Part shown: piece after piece, positions 51,081-60,465 of the stretch
Numbering within the stretch: position 1 is the first letter of the stretch
Layout: each line of letters begins with the position of its first letter
NCBI GenBank assembly: GCA_963834385.1
Contig: CAWIBO010000002.1
Span: 288,001-352,000 of the forward strand
Direction of reading: 5' to 3'
Length of the DNA stretch: 64,000 nucleotides
From: an uncultured Verrucomicrobiae bacterium
GTDB lineage: Bacteria; Verrucomicrobiota; Verrucomicrobiia; Chthoniobacterales; UBA10450
Notes under the pieces: generated by a model
What the model was told of the DNA's origin: nothing
Seen by the model: only the letters and a program-made list of their open reading frames with translations
Database searches by the model: none
Position numbers and translations under genes: made by a program

Positions 51081-52532
51081 CTATAACCGGAGGCCGCGCG
51101 GGATGAGGACGCGATCGAGGAGATTGAATCCCCACTGGACGAGCAGGGCGAGCACGGCGGCCGGCACAGCCCCTTGCAGAATGGTGCCGTGGTCGTTCAG
51201 GTTTAGCCCGCTGATGATCGGTTCCCCATAGCCGCCGGCGCCGATCAGGGCCGCGAGAGTGGCGGTGCCGACGTTGATCACGGCGCTGGTCTTGATTCCG
51301 GCGAGGATGGAGCGCGAGGCCATCGGCAGATAAATCTGGCGGAGACGCGCCAGGGGAGAGAGGCCGAGCACCACCGCGGAATCGCGGATGGACCGGGGGA
51401 TATCCTGGAGCCCGGTGGCGGTATTCCGCACGATCGGAAGCAACCCGTAAAGGAAAAGCGCGGCGATGGCGGTGCGGATGCTGATCCCGAAAAACGGGAC
51501 GGGCACGAGCAGGGCAAGCAGGGCGAGGGAGGGAATGGTCTGCACCACCCCGGTTGCGCTCAGGATAACGTGCCCCAGCGCTCCGCCGCGACTGGCCGCG
51601 ATGCCGAGGGGAATGCCCACGGCAATGGAGAGCAAAAGGGAGAACGCCACCAGCTCGAGATGCCGGATGGTCCAGCGCCAGAAGGGTGACCGGGTCGGTC
51701 GCAGGGTCGGGGCCTCTTCAAAGAAGAGCGCTGCGGCCCGCGCGTAGTCCCGGGTTTCTTCCGCTGCGGCGTTCAGCCGGATCATGGCCTTTTCGTCCAG
51801 GGCGCCGTCCAGGCGGTTGAACAAGGGACGGAGCGACTGCTCCGCTTCGAGACGATAAAGAAAGACCGCCTTGTATTGCGGGAAGAAATTCCGGTCATCC
51901 ACCAGGGCAACGAGATCGTTCTGGCCGATCTTGGCGTCGGTGGAGTAGGCGTCCTTCAGGTCGATATCGCCGCGCTGGAGCGCGGCGTAGCCGAGGCCGT
52001 GGTCGATGCCGCGCACGTCGGCCGGGGAAAGTCCGTAATGTTGCGCCAACGGTCGCCAGCCGTCGCGCCGGTCAAGGAATTCGTGGGTGAAACCGTAGCG
52101 CAACCCGGGGTGACGCTGCAGATCGGAGATGGTGCGGAGGTTGAGTTTCCGGGAGAGCGCGCGGGGAACCACGAGCGCGTAGGTGTTGTTGAACCCGAGC
52201 TCGGGCGAGAGACCGACGCCATGGGGCGCCAGCTTTGCCTTCAGCTCGGCGGGCGATGTTCCCGGTGGCACGCGCAGGATTTCCTCGGCGATCGTGCCGG
52301 TGTAGTCGGGGTAAAGGGTGATCTGGCCGGAACGCAGCGCCTCCCAGAGGATGATGGTGCCGCCCATGCCCTGGCGATGTTCCACTGTCTCGCCCGCGTC
52401 CTGCAAGAGGCGTCGGGCCACCTCCGCCAGGACATAAGACTCGGTGAATTTCTTGGAACCGAGAACGATCGGCTCGGCCCGCGCCGGCAGGGCGCAGGAA
52501 ATCGCGAGAACAAAGAAGCAGAGCGTTTTCAT
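51081..52532 (-). CDS. Betaine-type ABC transporter, fused substrate-binding plus permease (OpuC/EgtU-like)
   Basis: Signal peptide; GSKKFTES, DYTGT, GFNNTY, YSTD, FFPQY; permease TIPSLAL, GAGGYG. Confidence 0.9.
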   Translation of the reverse strand: MKTLCFFVLAISCALPARAEPIVLGSKKFTESYVLAEVARRLLQDAGETVEHRQGMGGTIILWEALRSGQITLYPDYTGTIAEEILRVPPGTSPAELKAKLAPHGVGLSPELGFNNTYALVVPRALSRKLNLRTISDLQRHPGLRYGFTHEFLDRRDGWRPLAQHYGLSPADVRGIDHGLGYAALQRGDIDLKDAYSTDAKIGQNDLVALVDDRNFFPQYKAVFLYRLEAEQSLRPLFNRLDGALDEKAMIRLNAAAEETRDYARAAALFFEEAPTLRPTRSPFWRWTIRHLELVAFSLLLSIAVGIPLGIAASRGGALGHVILSATGVVQTIPSLALLALLVPVPFFGISIRTAIAALFLYGLLPIVRNTATGLQDIPRSIRDSAVVLGLSPLARLRQIYLPMASRSILAGIKTSAVINVGTATLAALIGAGGYGEPIISGLNLNDHGTILQGAVPAAVLALLVQWGFNLLDRVLIPRGLRL

Positions 52533-53269
52533 GAAACCATGGCGCCTTGCGCCTCCAAAAACTCACGCACAAACGGGGTCGCGGGCGCGCCGCGCAGATC
52601 AGGCAGGGAACCGCGCTGGACAATGCGCCCGTCCTGCAGCAGCACGATTTCGTCCGCCAAAAAACCGGCCTCGTGCAGATCGTGCGTCACGAGGATGGCC
52701 GTCTGGCCGAGCCCGGCGAAGATTTCCTTCAGCTCGCGCTGCAACTGGGCGCGCACCAGCGGATCGAGGGCGCCGAGCGGCTCGTCGAGCAGAAGCAGTT
52801 CCGGCTTGAGCATGAGCGCGCGCATCAGGCTGACGCGCTGACGCTGGCCGCCGGAGAGCTCGGCCGGGTAACGAACAAGCGCGGACGTGGGGAACCGGGT
52901 GAGGGTGCAGAGTTCGTCCACCCGGGCGCGCATGGCGTCGCGTTTCCAGCCGAGATTGCGCGCCATGAGGGTGACGTTGGCTTCCGCGGTGAGATGCGGG
53001 AAGAGACCGCCTTCCTGGATGACGTAACCGATCCGGCGCCGCAACCCCGGGAGAGCGGCTGGGGTGACCTTCTCGCCGGCGATCCGGACCGTTCCATGAT
53101 CCGGCGCGTCGAGCCCGGCCACAAGGCGCAGAAGAGTCGATTTGCCGCAACCGCTGGGGCCGATCACGGCGGTGGTGCGACCGGCCGGGAAAGCAAGGTC
53201 GAGCGCGGCCAGGGCAACGCAATCTCCGAACTGTTTATCAACCCCGGCGAGCTCAACGAGGGCGTTCAC
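52529..53269 (-). CDS. ABC ATP-binding protein (OpuCA/EgtV-like)
   Basis: GPSGCGKS, GYVIQEGGLFPH, LSGGQ, DEP; GTG overlaps egtD stop. Confidence 0.92.
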   Translation of the reverse strand: MNALVELAGVDKQFGDCVALAALDLAFPAGRTTAVIGPSGCGKSTLLRLVAGLDAPDHGTVRIAGEKVTPAALPGLRRRIGYVIQEGGLFPHLTAEANVTLMARNLGWKRDAMRARVDELCTLTRFPTSALVRYPAELSGGQRQRVSLMRALMLKPELLLLDEPLGALDPLVRAQLQRELKEIFAGLGQTAILVTHDLHEAGFLADEIVLLQDGRIVQRGSLPDLRGAPATPFVREFLEAQGAMVS

Positions 53270-54243
53270 GCCCGCGCGGTGAAGAAGAAAACGGCGAAAT
53301 AGTTGTTCGAGTCCGTCCACATCTCCTGGCGCTCGAACCCGGCCTGCGCGGCCATCTCGGCGAAGCCTTTCGGCGTGTGCTTGTAGGAGAACTCCGTGAT
53401 GATGAAATCGTCGGGAGCGAAGGCAAAGGCCTCCTCGTCGAGATGAACGGTCTGCTTCTGCCGGCTGAGAAGGTGCATCTCGATGCGGCCCCGGGGCTCG
53501 TTGTAGACGGCGCGATGGCGCCAGCCGGCGAGATCGAAGTCGGTCCCGAGTTCCCGGTTGGCGCGGGTCAGCAGATTCAGGTTGAAGGCGGCGGTGACGC
53601 CGGCGGCGTCGTTGTAGGCCGCCTCGAGGACGGCGCGATCCTTCTCGAGGTCAACGCCGATGAGAAGGCCGCCGTCGGGGCTGGCGACACGGGCGATGCG
53701 CTTGAGGAAATTGAGCGCTTCACCGGGCTCCAGGTTCCCGATGGTGGAGCCGGGGAAGTAGACCACGGTGCGGGCGGGCTGCTCTTTGGGCGTGGGCAGC
53801 TGGACAGGCTGCATGTAATCGGCCCAGACCGGCAGCGTCTCCATGGCGGGGAAATCCGCGCGGAACCGTTCGGCCGATTCGTAGAGCTGTTCGCGCGAGA
53901 TATCGACCGGGAGATAGGCCACCGGATCCTGCAGCGCCTCGATGATCAGGCGCGTCTTGGTGCCGGCGCCGGTGCCGAGGCCGATGAGCTGGAGACGGGG
54001 ACCGAGGGCGCGCGCCATCTCGGGCGCGCTTTGCTGGAGGATGGAAAGCTCCGTGCGCGTGACGTAATACTCAGGGAGCTCGCAAATCGCGCCGAACAGC
54101 TCCGAGCCGCGATCGTCGTAAAAGAACTTGCTCGGCAACCGGGGCGGCGTTTGCCGGAGCCCACGCAGGACCTCGGCGCGGAAATCGTCCACCGTGGGGG
54201 CGGGATCAAGAGTGGCGCCGCCGGCGCCGGGATCGAACTTCAT
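53266..54243 (-). CDS. egtD: L-histidine N-alpha-methyltransferase
   Basis: PSKFFYD..GS, LPEYY.TR.E, GSTIGN, AYND..GVTAAFN, TEFSYK. Confidence 0.93.
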   Translation of the reverse strand: MKFDPGAGGATLDPAPTVDDFRAEVLRGLRQTPPRLPSKFFYDDRGSELFGAICELPEYYVTRTELSILQQSAPEMARALGPRLQLIGLGTGAGTKTRLIIEALQDPVAYLPVDISREQLYESAERFRADFPAMETLPVWADYMQPVQLPTPKEQPARTVVYFPGSTIGNLEPGEALNFLKRIARVASPDGGLLIGVDLEKDRAVLEAAYNDAAGVTAAFNLNLLTRANRELGTDFDLAGWRHRAVYNEPRGRIEMHLLSRQKQTVHLDEEAFAFAPDDFIITEFSYKHTPKGFAEMAAQAGFERQEMWTDSNNYFAVFFFTARA

Positions 54244-55550
54244 GCGAGATCGCGCGCCAGGCGGAGGCCGGTGAACTGCCAGCGCTTCTCCGGCTGGAAG
54301 AAATTGCGATAGGTCCGGCGGACATGATCCTGGGAGGTGGCGCAGGAGCCGCCGCGCAGGACGTATTGGTTGCACATGAACTTGCCGTTGTACTCGCCGA
54401 GCGCGCCGGGAGCGGCCTTGTAACCGGGATAGGGAGCGTAGGAGGAACGGGTCCATTCCCAGACATCGCCGAACATTTGCCTAAGACCGCTGCTGCTTTC
54501 GCCGGCGGGCGCAGGATGATATCGGCGCTGATTCACGAAATTGCCTTCGATGGGCTGGCCGGCAGCGGCGTGTTCCCATTCAAACTCCGTCGGGAGCCGC
54601 GCGCCTGCCCAGTTGGCGTAGGCGTCCGCCTCGAAATAGCTCAGGTGGGTCACCGGCTCGGACGGGTTGACCGGGCGAAAACCGGAAAGGGTGAAATTCC
54701 ACCAGACCCCGTCCTTCTCTTCCCAATAGAGGGGAGCCCGCCATCCGCCGGGGACCGACTCCTGCAAGGTGGACCAGCCGAGCGAGAGCCAGAGCTCCGA
54801 GCGCTCGTAACCGCGGTCCTGCATGAAATTCATGTATTCGCCGTTCGTGACGGGCCGATCGGCCAGACTGAACGGGAGAATGAGGACGCGATGGCGCGGC
54901 GATTCGTTGTCGTAGGAAAAACCGGCGCCGGCGTGGCCCATCTCGACGGTGGCTTCGTCGAAATCGACGAAGCGGAGCGGCGGCGGCGCGGTCTTGGAAC
55001 CGGGCGCGGCCTCGCGGTAAACCGGCCGGAGCGGGTTTTGCGCGAGGACATGCTTGATGTCGGTGAGGAGCAGCTCCTGGTGCTGCTGTTCGTGGTTGAA
55101 ACCGAGGATGAGAAGCGGCTCAAGTGTTTCCAGCAGGTCGCTGTCCGCTCCCTCGAGGAGCTGGAAGAGGGCATCGTCAACCGAGCGGCGGAAGGCAAAG
55201 GTCTCGGCGAGGGTGGGGCGCGAGATGAGGCCGCGCAGGTCGCGCTGGTGCATGTCGCCCGCGGCATTGTAGTAGGAGTTGAAAAGATAGGCGTACTCGG
55301 GCGCGGCGCTCTCGTAACCGGGGAGATGCGGTTTGAGCAGAAACGTCTCGAAGAACCAGCTGGTGTGCGCCAGGTGCCATTTCGTCGGGCTGACGTCGGG
55401 CATGGATTGCACGACGCAATCCTCCGGCTCCAGCGGCTGACAAAGTTCCTCGGTGAACTGGCGCACCTCGCGGTAGCGCCGCCGCAGGAGATCGGCAGGC
55501 GTGGCCGATCGTGTTGTCCGGGCCGGCTCGAGCGGGGGTGAAGAAAGCAT
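54240..55550 (-). CDS. egtB: Ergothioneine sulfoxide synthase
   Basis: SPTKWHLAH, FNSYY, HEQQHQE iron ligands, FGE domain, YRNFF. Confidence 0.93.
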   Translation of the reverse strand: MLSSPPLEPARTTRSATPADLLRRRYREVRQFTEELCQPLEPEDCVVQSMPDVSPTKWHLAHTSWFFETFLLKPHLPGYESAAPEYAYLFNSYYNAAGDMHQRDLRGLISRPTLAETFAFRRSVDDALFQLLEGADSDLLETLEPLLILGFNHEQQHQELLLTDIKHVLAQNPLRPVYREAAPGSKTAPPPLRFVDFDEATVEMGHAGAGFSYDNESPRHRVLILPFSLADRPVTNGEYMNFMQDRGYERSELWLSLGWSTLQESVPGGWRAPLYWEEKDGVWWNFTLSGFRPVNPSEPVTHLSYFEADAYANWAGARLPTEFEWEHAAAGQPIEGNFVNQRRYHPAPAGESSSGLRQMFGDVWEWTRSSYAPYPGYKAAPGALGEYNGKFMCNQYVLRGGSCATSQDHVRRTYRNFFQPEKRWQFTGLRLARDLA

Positions 55551-55557
55551 GCTCAAG

Positions 55558-55953
55558 TCAACCTTCGGCGGCCTGGTCCCCCTTGGCGGCCTCGACCCGC
55601 TGGTCGTGCACGGCTTCTTCCACGCCATCGGCGACCAGGCGTTCCCCCAGCATCTCGTCACCATCCTCGGTGCCGCGCCGGGCGCGATGCCCGTGGCTTT
55701 CCGGGATGATCTCGTGCTCGTCGGACGATTGTTCCTCACCGCCATCGATCTCCTCGGGAGCATGATGGGAGGCGGTGCCGATCAGCTCGCGGCGGGCCTC
55801 CTGCCAGTCGGCCTCGGTAAATTCGTTTGGATCGCGCTCATCGATCATGGCAATCTCACGTGCCCGCTTTTCCACCATCTCGGGAGTCGCCGCGCCCATT
55901 CCATTCCCATGCACCGTGATCCTGCCCGAGCGAGATTGAGAATTGTCATTCAT
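55558..55953 (-). CDS. Small acidic hypothetical protein (DUF2934-like)
   Basis: VEKRAREIA...DWQEARREL. Confidence 0.65.
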   Translation of the reverse strand: MNDNSQSRSGRITVHGNGMGAATPEMVEKRAREIAMIDERDPNEFTEADWQEARRELIGTASHHAPEEIDGGEEQSSDEHEIIPESHGHRARRGTEDGDEMLGERLVADGVEEAVHDQRVEAAKGDQAAEG

Positions 55954-56051
55954 ACATTCTTATACGGAGACGGGAGGCCTTTTGCTCGCATCCCATTCAC
56001 CGCTCCGCGGCCTGGCCCCGGAAGCGTCTTCTCCCCGCCAATCTACAGGCG

Positions 56052-56918
56052 ATGATGCAGCGCGTTCAACTGCAAAGCGGCCAGACCATTGCCCTGGAGG
56101 AATATGGCGACCCGCGGGGCGTGCCCGTGCTCTTTTTTCATGGCTGGCCGAGTTCCCGCACCATGGCCTCGATCATGGACGAGGCCGCCCGCGAGCTGCG
56201 GGTGCGCATTCTTTCGCCCGACCGCCCGGGCATCCGCGACTCGAGCCTGCAGGAAAACCGTTCGTTGCGCGACTGGCCGGAGCTGGTGCGCGAACTGGCG
56301 AACCGGCTGGGCCTGGAAAAATTTCGGGTCCTGGGAATTTCGGGGGGCGCGCCCTATGCCTTTATCACGGGAGCAATGCTGCCGGAACTGGTCGAAACCA
56401 TCGCAGTGGTCAGCGGCGCGCCACCAATCGCGGAGCTTCCCGACCGGTCCGGGTTGCTGCACTGGTATCGGCTTCTCCTGGCCCTGCACGGGAGAGCGCC
56501 GCGGCTGCTCCAGGCCGGGTTTTACTGTGCCCGGCCCTTCGCGGCCCGGCGCATTCCGCTGCGGTTGCGCCCGTTTCTGCTCCGGTTGCTTCAGGCCAAC
56601 GATGCCCAGGTCATGCGTGATGTGCGCGCCTTCGACGCCTGCTACGAGAGCGCCCGCCTGGCCTGGCGGGCTTCCGCGCGCGGTCTCATGGTCGATGCCG
56701 AGATCTATGCGCGGCCCTGGGGATTTGCGCTCGACGAGGTGCAGGTCCCCGTTCGTCTCTGGCATGGACGCAACGACAGCGCGTTTTCCTGGCGGCTGGC
56801 GGAAAGCACCGCGGCCCGTCTGCCGCGAGTCGAGTTGCGGGTCGTGGAAAACGAAGGCCATTTTTCGCTGCCGATCCGGCATGCCGGGACGATCCTGGCT
56901 GATCTTCTTCGCGTATAA
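56052..56918 (+). CDS. Alpha/beta hydrolase
   Basis: HGWP, DRPG, GISGG, WHG..D, EGH. Confidence 0.9.
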   Translation: MMQRVQLQSGQTIALEEYGDPRGVPVLFFHGWPSSRTMASIMDEAARELRVRILSPDRPGIRDSSLQENRSLRDWPELVRELANRLGLEKFRVLGISGGAPYAFITGAMLPELVETIAVVSGAPPIAELPDRSGLLHWYRLLLALHGRAPRLLQAGFYCARPFAARRIPLRLRPFLLRLLQANDAQVMRDVRAFDACYESARLAWRASARGLMVDAEIYARPWGFALDEVQVPVRLWHGRNDSAFSWRLAESTAARLPRVELRVVENEGHFSLPIRHAGTILADLLRV

Positions 56919-56975
56919 GGCTTGCCGCGGGGGCTCCGGTCGCATATCAGCGTATCCCCGCCCGTGGGCGGAACG

Positions 56976-58061
56976 ATGAAAGCGCGCGAATCAGAAGATT
57001 TCACGGCCGGGACAACGCAGAGCCAGCCTTCCCGCCGCCAATCCACCCTGGAGCCCCCGTTTGACGAGCGGATCCGCCAGCTCGTGGCCGACTGGGGGGC
57101 ACCGAAGTCGCCCGAACTGATCGAGGAAATGATCGTGACCGTTCTGAAGATGTCGCGCGACGGCATGGGCACGGGCGACCTGAAACTGACGGTGCGCTCG
57201 CTCAAGGAACTGCGTTATGCCTCAAAGATTTTCGCGGCCTACCGGCAATACCGAAAGGTGGCGGTTTTTGGCTCGGCCCGAACGGATCCTGCGTCCCCTG
57301 AGTTCCTTGCCGCGGAGGAATTCGGCCGGGAGATGGTGAAAAGCGATTACATGGTCATCACCGGGGGCGGCGATGGCATCATGGGCGCGGCGCAAAAAGG
57401 GGCGGGCCGCGACAACAGCTTTGGGCTGAACATCCGGCTCCCGTTCGAGCAGTCGGCCAATCCGATCATCGAGGGCGACCGGAAGCTGATAAACTTCAAT
57501 TACTTCTTCACCCGCAAACTGAATTTTATGAAGGAAACGCATGCCTTCGCGCTTTTCCCGGGCGGGTTCGGAACGATGGATGAGGGATTTGAGGCGCTGA
57601 CCCTGATGCAGACCGGCAAAAGCCGGATCATCCCGGTGGTGCTGGTGGATCGGCCGGGCGGAACCTACTGGGAGACGTGGATGAAGTTCCTTCGCCAGCA
57701 TTTGCTCGAGCGGGGGCTGATCTCGCCGGAGGATTTCCATTTCTTCAAGGTGGCGGAAGGCGTGTCCGAGGCGGTGCAGGAGATCCTGCATTTCTACCGG
57801 ATCTATTTTTCCTCCCGCTGGGTGGGGGACGAGCTGGTCTTTCGCCTGAACCATCGTCTGCCGCAGAAGGCGGTGGACCGCTTGAACGACGATTTCGCGG
57901 ACATCCTGCGTGAGGGAAAGTTCGTCCAGGGCAGCGCCTTGGCGGCGGAAAAGAACGAGCCGGAGATCGCGGACATGCCGCGGCTGATCTTTACGCCGCA
58001 CCGGCGCAGTTTTGGCCGGTTCCGGCAGTTGATTGACGCCTTGAACGACGCCGAGCTCTAG
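56976..58061 (+). CDS. LOG family protein (long form)
   Basis: VFGSAR, TGGG.GIM, YFFTRK, PGGFGTMDE. Confidence 0.9.
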   Translation: MKARESEDFTAGTTQSQPSRRQSTLEPPFDERIRQLVADWGAPKSPELIEEMIVTVLKMSRDGMGTGDLKLTVRSLKELRYASKIFAAYRQYRKVAVFGSARTDPASPEFLAAEEFGREMVKSDYMVITGGGDGIMGAAQKGAGRDNSFGLNIRLPFEQSANPIIEGDRKLINFNYFFTRKLNFMKETHAFALFPGGFGTMDEGFEALTLMQTGKSRIIPVVLVDRPGGTYWETWMKFLRQHLLERGLISPEDFHFFKVAEGVSEAVQEILHFYRIYFSSRWVGDELVFRLNHRLPQKAVDRLNDDFADILREGKFVQGSALAAEKNEPEIADMPRLIFTPHRRSFGRFRQLIDALNDAEL

Positions 58062-58065
58062 GGGG

Positions 58066-58100
58066 AACCCGCCCGGTTTTCGGGCCGGGAACGGGTTTTG
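58066..58100 (+). terminator. Possible intrinsic terminator
   Basis: Bulged hairpin AACCCG-CCCGG...CCGGG-AA-CGGGTT followed by short T run. Confidence 0.4.
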
Positions 58101-58135
58101 GGCATCGCTCCTGCTGCTTTTGGCAGGCCGAGGCC

Positions 58136-58426
58136 ATGAAACGCTATGTTTTGAACCTGGGCGGCTACGAATCGACCCCGATGAGCGAACGGGAAATCCG
58201 TCAGCTTTTCCAGACCGGCGCGGTCGAAGCCGTGACCCCGTGCTGTGCCGCGCGGGCCGACACCTGGAGCACCGTGGAAGCCATCTTTCCGTCGCTCAAG
58301 AACGAGGTCCGGTATGGGCAGGTCAAGTTCGCACCCGGCGCGGGACCGATGCGGCGGACCGTGGCCCGTCTCCTGGTGGCTCCCTCCGCGAACGAACTCA
58401 TGAACCTGATCGGTTCCCGCCCGTAG
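58136..58426 (+). CDS. Small hypothetical protein (GYF_2-like N-terminus)
   Basis: PMSEREIRQLFQTGAV...TP...W pattern. Confidence 0.55.
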   Translation: MKRYVLNLGGYESTPMSEREIRQLFQTGAVEAVTPCCAARADTWSTVEAIFPSLKNEVRYGQVKFAPGAGPMRRTVARLLVAPSANELMNLIGSRP

Positions 58427-58451
58427 GCGAGGCCGCGCAGGAGAAGGAATT

Positions 58452-58589
58452 GAATTTGGAAACCAGGAAACCAGGAAGGGAAAAACGAATCAGGAACGTA
58501 GGAAAGCAGGAACTGCAGAGGATTAATTTCCTGCTTTCCTCTTTTCCTGATTGATCCCTCTTCTTCCTGGTTTCCTGGCTTCCAAATTC
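58452..58589. repeat. Minimal GGAAACCAGGAA element, X-Y-loop-Y'-X'
   Basis: GAATTTGGAAACCAGGAAACCAGGAA...TTCCTGGTTTCCTGGCTTCCAAATTC with inner inverted pair. Confidence 0.9.
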
Positions 58590-58598
58590 CTTCCAGGA

Positions 58599-59096
58599 TC
58601 AGAGCTTGCCGGTGACGAGCTGGGCGAGGCGTTGCAGGCCGGCCAGGTCTTCCTCGTCGAAGCGTTCGAGGTAGGGACTATCGAGATCGAGCACGCCGAA
58701 AAGGCGACCGGTGGGTGAGAGCAGGGGAATGACCAGCTCCGAACGCGTGGCGATGTCGCACGCGATGTGACCGGGAAACTTGTGGACGTCCGGCACGCGC
58801 AACGGCTTGCGCTCCTGCGCCGCCGTCCCGCAGACGCCGCGGCCGAGGGGGATGCGCACGCAGGCCGGTTTGCCCTGGAAAGGCCCGAGGACCAGTTCGC
58901 CTCCGCGCAGAAGGTAAAAGCCGGCCCAGTTCAGGTCGGGAACGGAGTGATAGATCAGGGCCACGCAGTTGGCGAGGTTCGCGGTCGCGTTCGGTTCGTC
59001 GGCGATCAGCGCCCGCAGCTGTTCCAGCAGCTCGCGATAAAGATCCGGTTTCGATTTCTCGCGCGCCTCCGCCGTGCTCATCACCGTCACGTTCAT
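58599..59096 (-). CDS. msrC: GAF-domain free methionine-R-sulfoxide reductase
   Basis: NWAGFY, LGPFQGKPAC, GVCG, HIACD, DLDS. Confidence 0.88.
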   Translation of the reverse strand: MNVTVMSTAEAREKSKPDLYRELLEQLRALIADEPNATANLANCVALIYHSVPDLNWAGFYLLRGGELVLGPFQGKPACVRIPLGRGVCGTAAQERKPLRVPDVHKFPGHIACDIATRSELVIPLLSPTGRLFGVLDLDSPYLERFDEEDLAGLQRLAQLVTGKL

Positions 59097-59362
59097 CAGG
59101 CCGCGGCTTTTTTCTCGAGGATGTAGTCGTGGATCGTGTTCACGTTCTGCAAAACTTTGCCGGCCACCTCCGAGTTGGGCACGCCCACCCCGAACGTTTT
59201 CTCCATGCTCACGACCAGCTCGAGCGCGTCGATGGAATCCAGCCCAAGACCGTTCGGGCCAAAGAGCGGCGTATCATCCGCGATTTCGGCCGCGGTGGTC
59301 TGCAGCATCAGGCTTTTTACGAGCATTTCCTTGATGCGGCTACGGAGATCGGGCTCGGACAT
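59096..59362 (-). CDS. Acyl carrier protein
   Basis: LGLDSIDALEL. Confidence 0.9.
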   Translation of the reverse strand: MSEPDLRSRIKEMLVKSLMLQTTAAEIADDTPLFGPNGLGLDSIDALELVVSMEKTFGVGVPNSEVAGKVLQNVNTIHDYILEKKAAA

Positions 59363-59424
59363 AAAATGGAGTGCGACAATCCCGCAAGAGGCGGCGAAGT
59401 CAACCGGCGGCAGGTTTGCCGGCC

Positions 59425-59724
59425 TTAGATCTGGTCCGCTTTGCTGCCCGGCTCGACCGTCTGATTCGGGTCAGGCCGGACCACGCTGTCGCCCGCCGCA
59501 TTCTCGATCCGGGGAATGGTCGGGGTGGTGGCCACGGTGCTGGAGGCGGCCTTGGTCTTCGGCTCGTCGGCCCGGTTCAGTTCTTCGCTGAAATCGTCCT
59601 TGGCCTTCTGAAACTCGCGAATGGCCTGTCCCATGCCGCGGGCCAGTTCCGGCAGCTTCCGCGCACCGAAAAGCACGAGGATGATCACCAGGATAATGAT
59701 CAGTTCCTGCCCGCCCAGGTTCAT
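59425..59724 (-). CDS. tatA: Twin-arginine translocase TatA/E
   Basis: ELIIILVIILVLFGARKLPELARGMG..IREF. Confidence 0.92.
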   Translation of the reverse strand: MNLGGQELIIILVIILVLFGARKLPELARGMGQAIREFQKAKDDFSEELNRADEPKTKAASSTVATTPTIPRIENAAGDSVVRPDPNQTVEPGSKADQI

Positions 59725-59811
59725 GAAAGCCAGATGTTCGCTGCCCACGGGAGAAGAATGGTGCCATTCCGGCGGCTTGCCAAGGCATTTCAGGCCGGGG
59801 CCGGCCCGTCT

Positions 59812-60456
59812 TCACCCACCGAAAACGTAGGCGAAACGTTCAATGTCGACCTGGAACTTCCGGGCGATCACCTCCCGGGTGCGCTCGTTGTAATAGTCGG
59901 TGTAGGGCCGGGCGCGGGGATTGGCTTTCCGATGGGGCAGGCTCGGAGAAACGCCGATCTTTTCCGCGACCGTGGCCCAATCCTCCTCCAGCCGCTCGAA
60001 GCGCCCGATAAAATCGACCAGGATTTCGCCATCGGGACTGACGAACCAGTCGAGCTGCTGACGGTGCGGGGAGGAATGAACGCAGGTGGCGCTGGCATAC
60101 TCGATCCAATCGACGAACTGCTCAAAGGTCATCTGTTCCTTCATTTGCACGGCCTCGTTCCGTTCGTAGAGGGAGACGACCCGGTCCCAGGGATTGCGCA
60201 CGAAGCCAAACTTGAAATAGGCGGCGAATTGCTCGCGGCCACGACGGATCCGCTGCGCTTTCGGGAGAAGGCCGTAAAGACTTTCCATGAGCCGGTCGCG
60301 CCGCCCGCCGCGCTGCATCCATTGCGTTTCCATCTGCGTCCTGATCTCCCAGATATTGAGATGGGGCTTCAGAGCGGGCCCGAGCACGGCCCGGATGCTG
60401 GTCGAGCCCGTCTTGGGGACTTCAACAAAGATGCAGCGGTGACGATGGGAAACCAC
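59812..60456 (-). CDS. Sulfotransferase family 2 protein
   Basis: VPKTGSTS, VRNPWDRVVS, GRFE. Confidence 0.88.
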   Translation of the reverse strand: MVSHRHRCIFVEVPKTGSTSIRAVLGPALKPHLNIWEIRTQMETQWMQRGGRRDRLMESLYGLLPKAQRIRRGREQFAAYFKFGFVRNPWDRVVSLYERNEAVQMKEQMTFEQFVDWIEYASATCVHSSPHRQQLDWFVSPDGEILVDFIGRFERLEEDWATVAEKIGVSPSLPHRKANPRARPYTDYYNERTREVIARKFQVDIERFAYVFGG

Positions 60457-60465
60457 AGGCGGAGC

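Noticed and set aside
53266..55550. Selenoneine (senABC) or ovothiol cluster
   Set aside because: No SenB or SelD-like gene, and no methyltransferase fused to the sulfoxide synthase
58101..58114. Sigma54 promoter before the 58136 ORF
   Set aside because: GG-N10-GC spacing fits, but the match is too weak in GC-rich DNA
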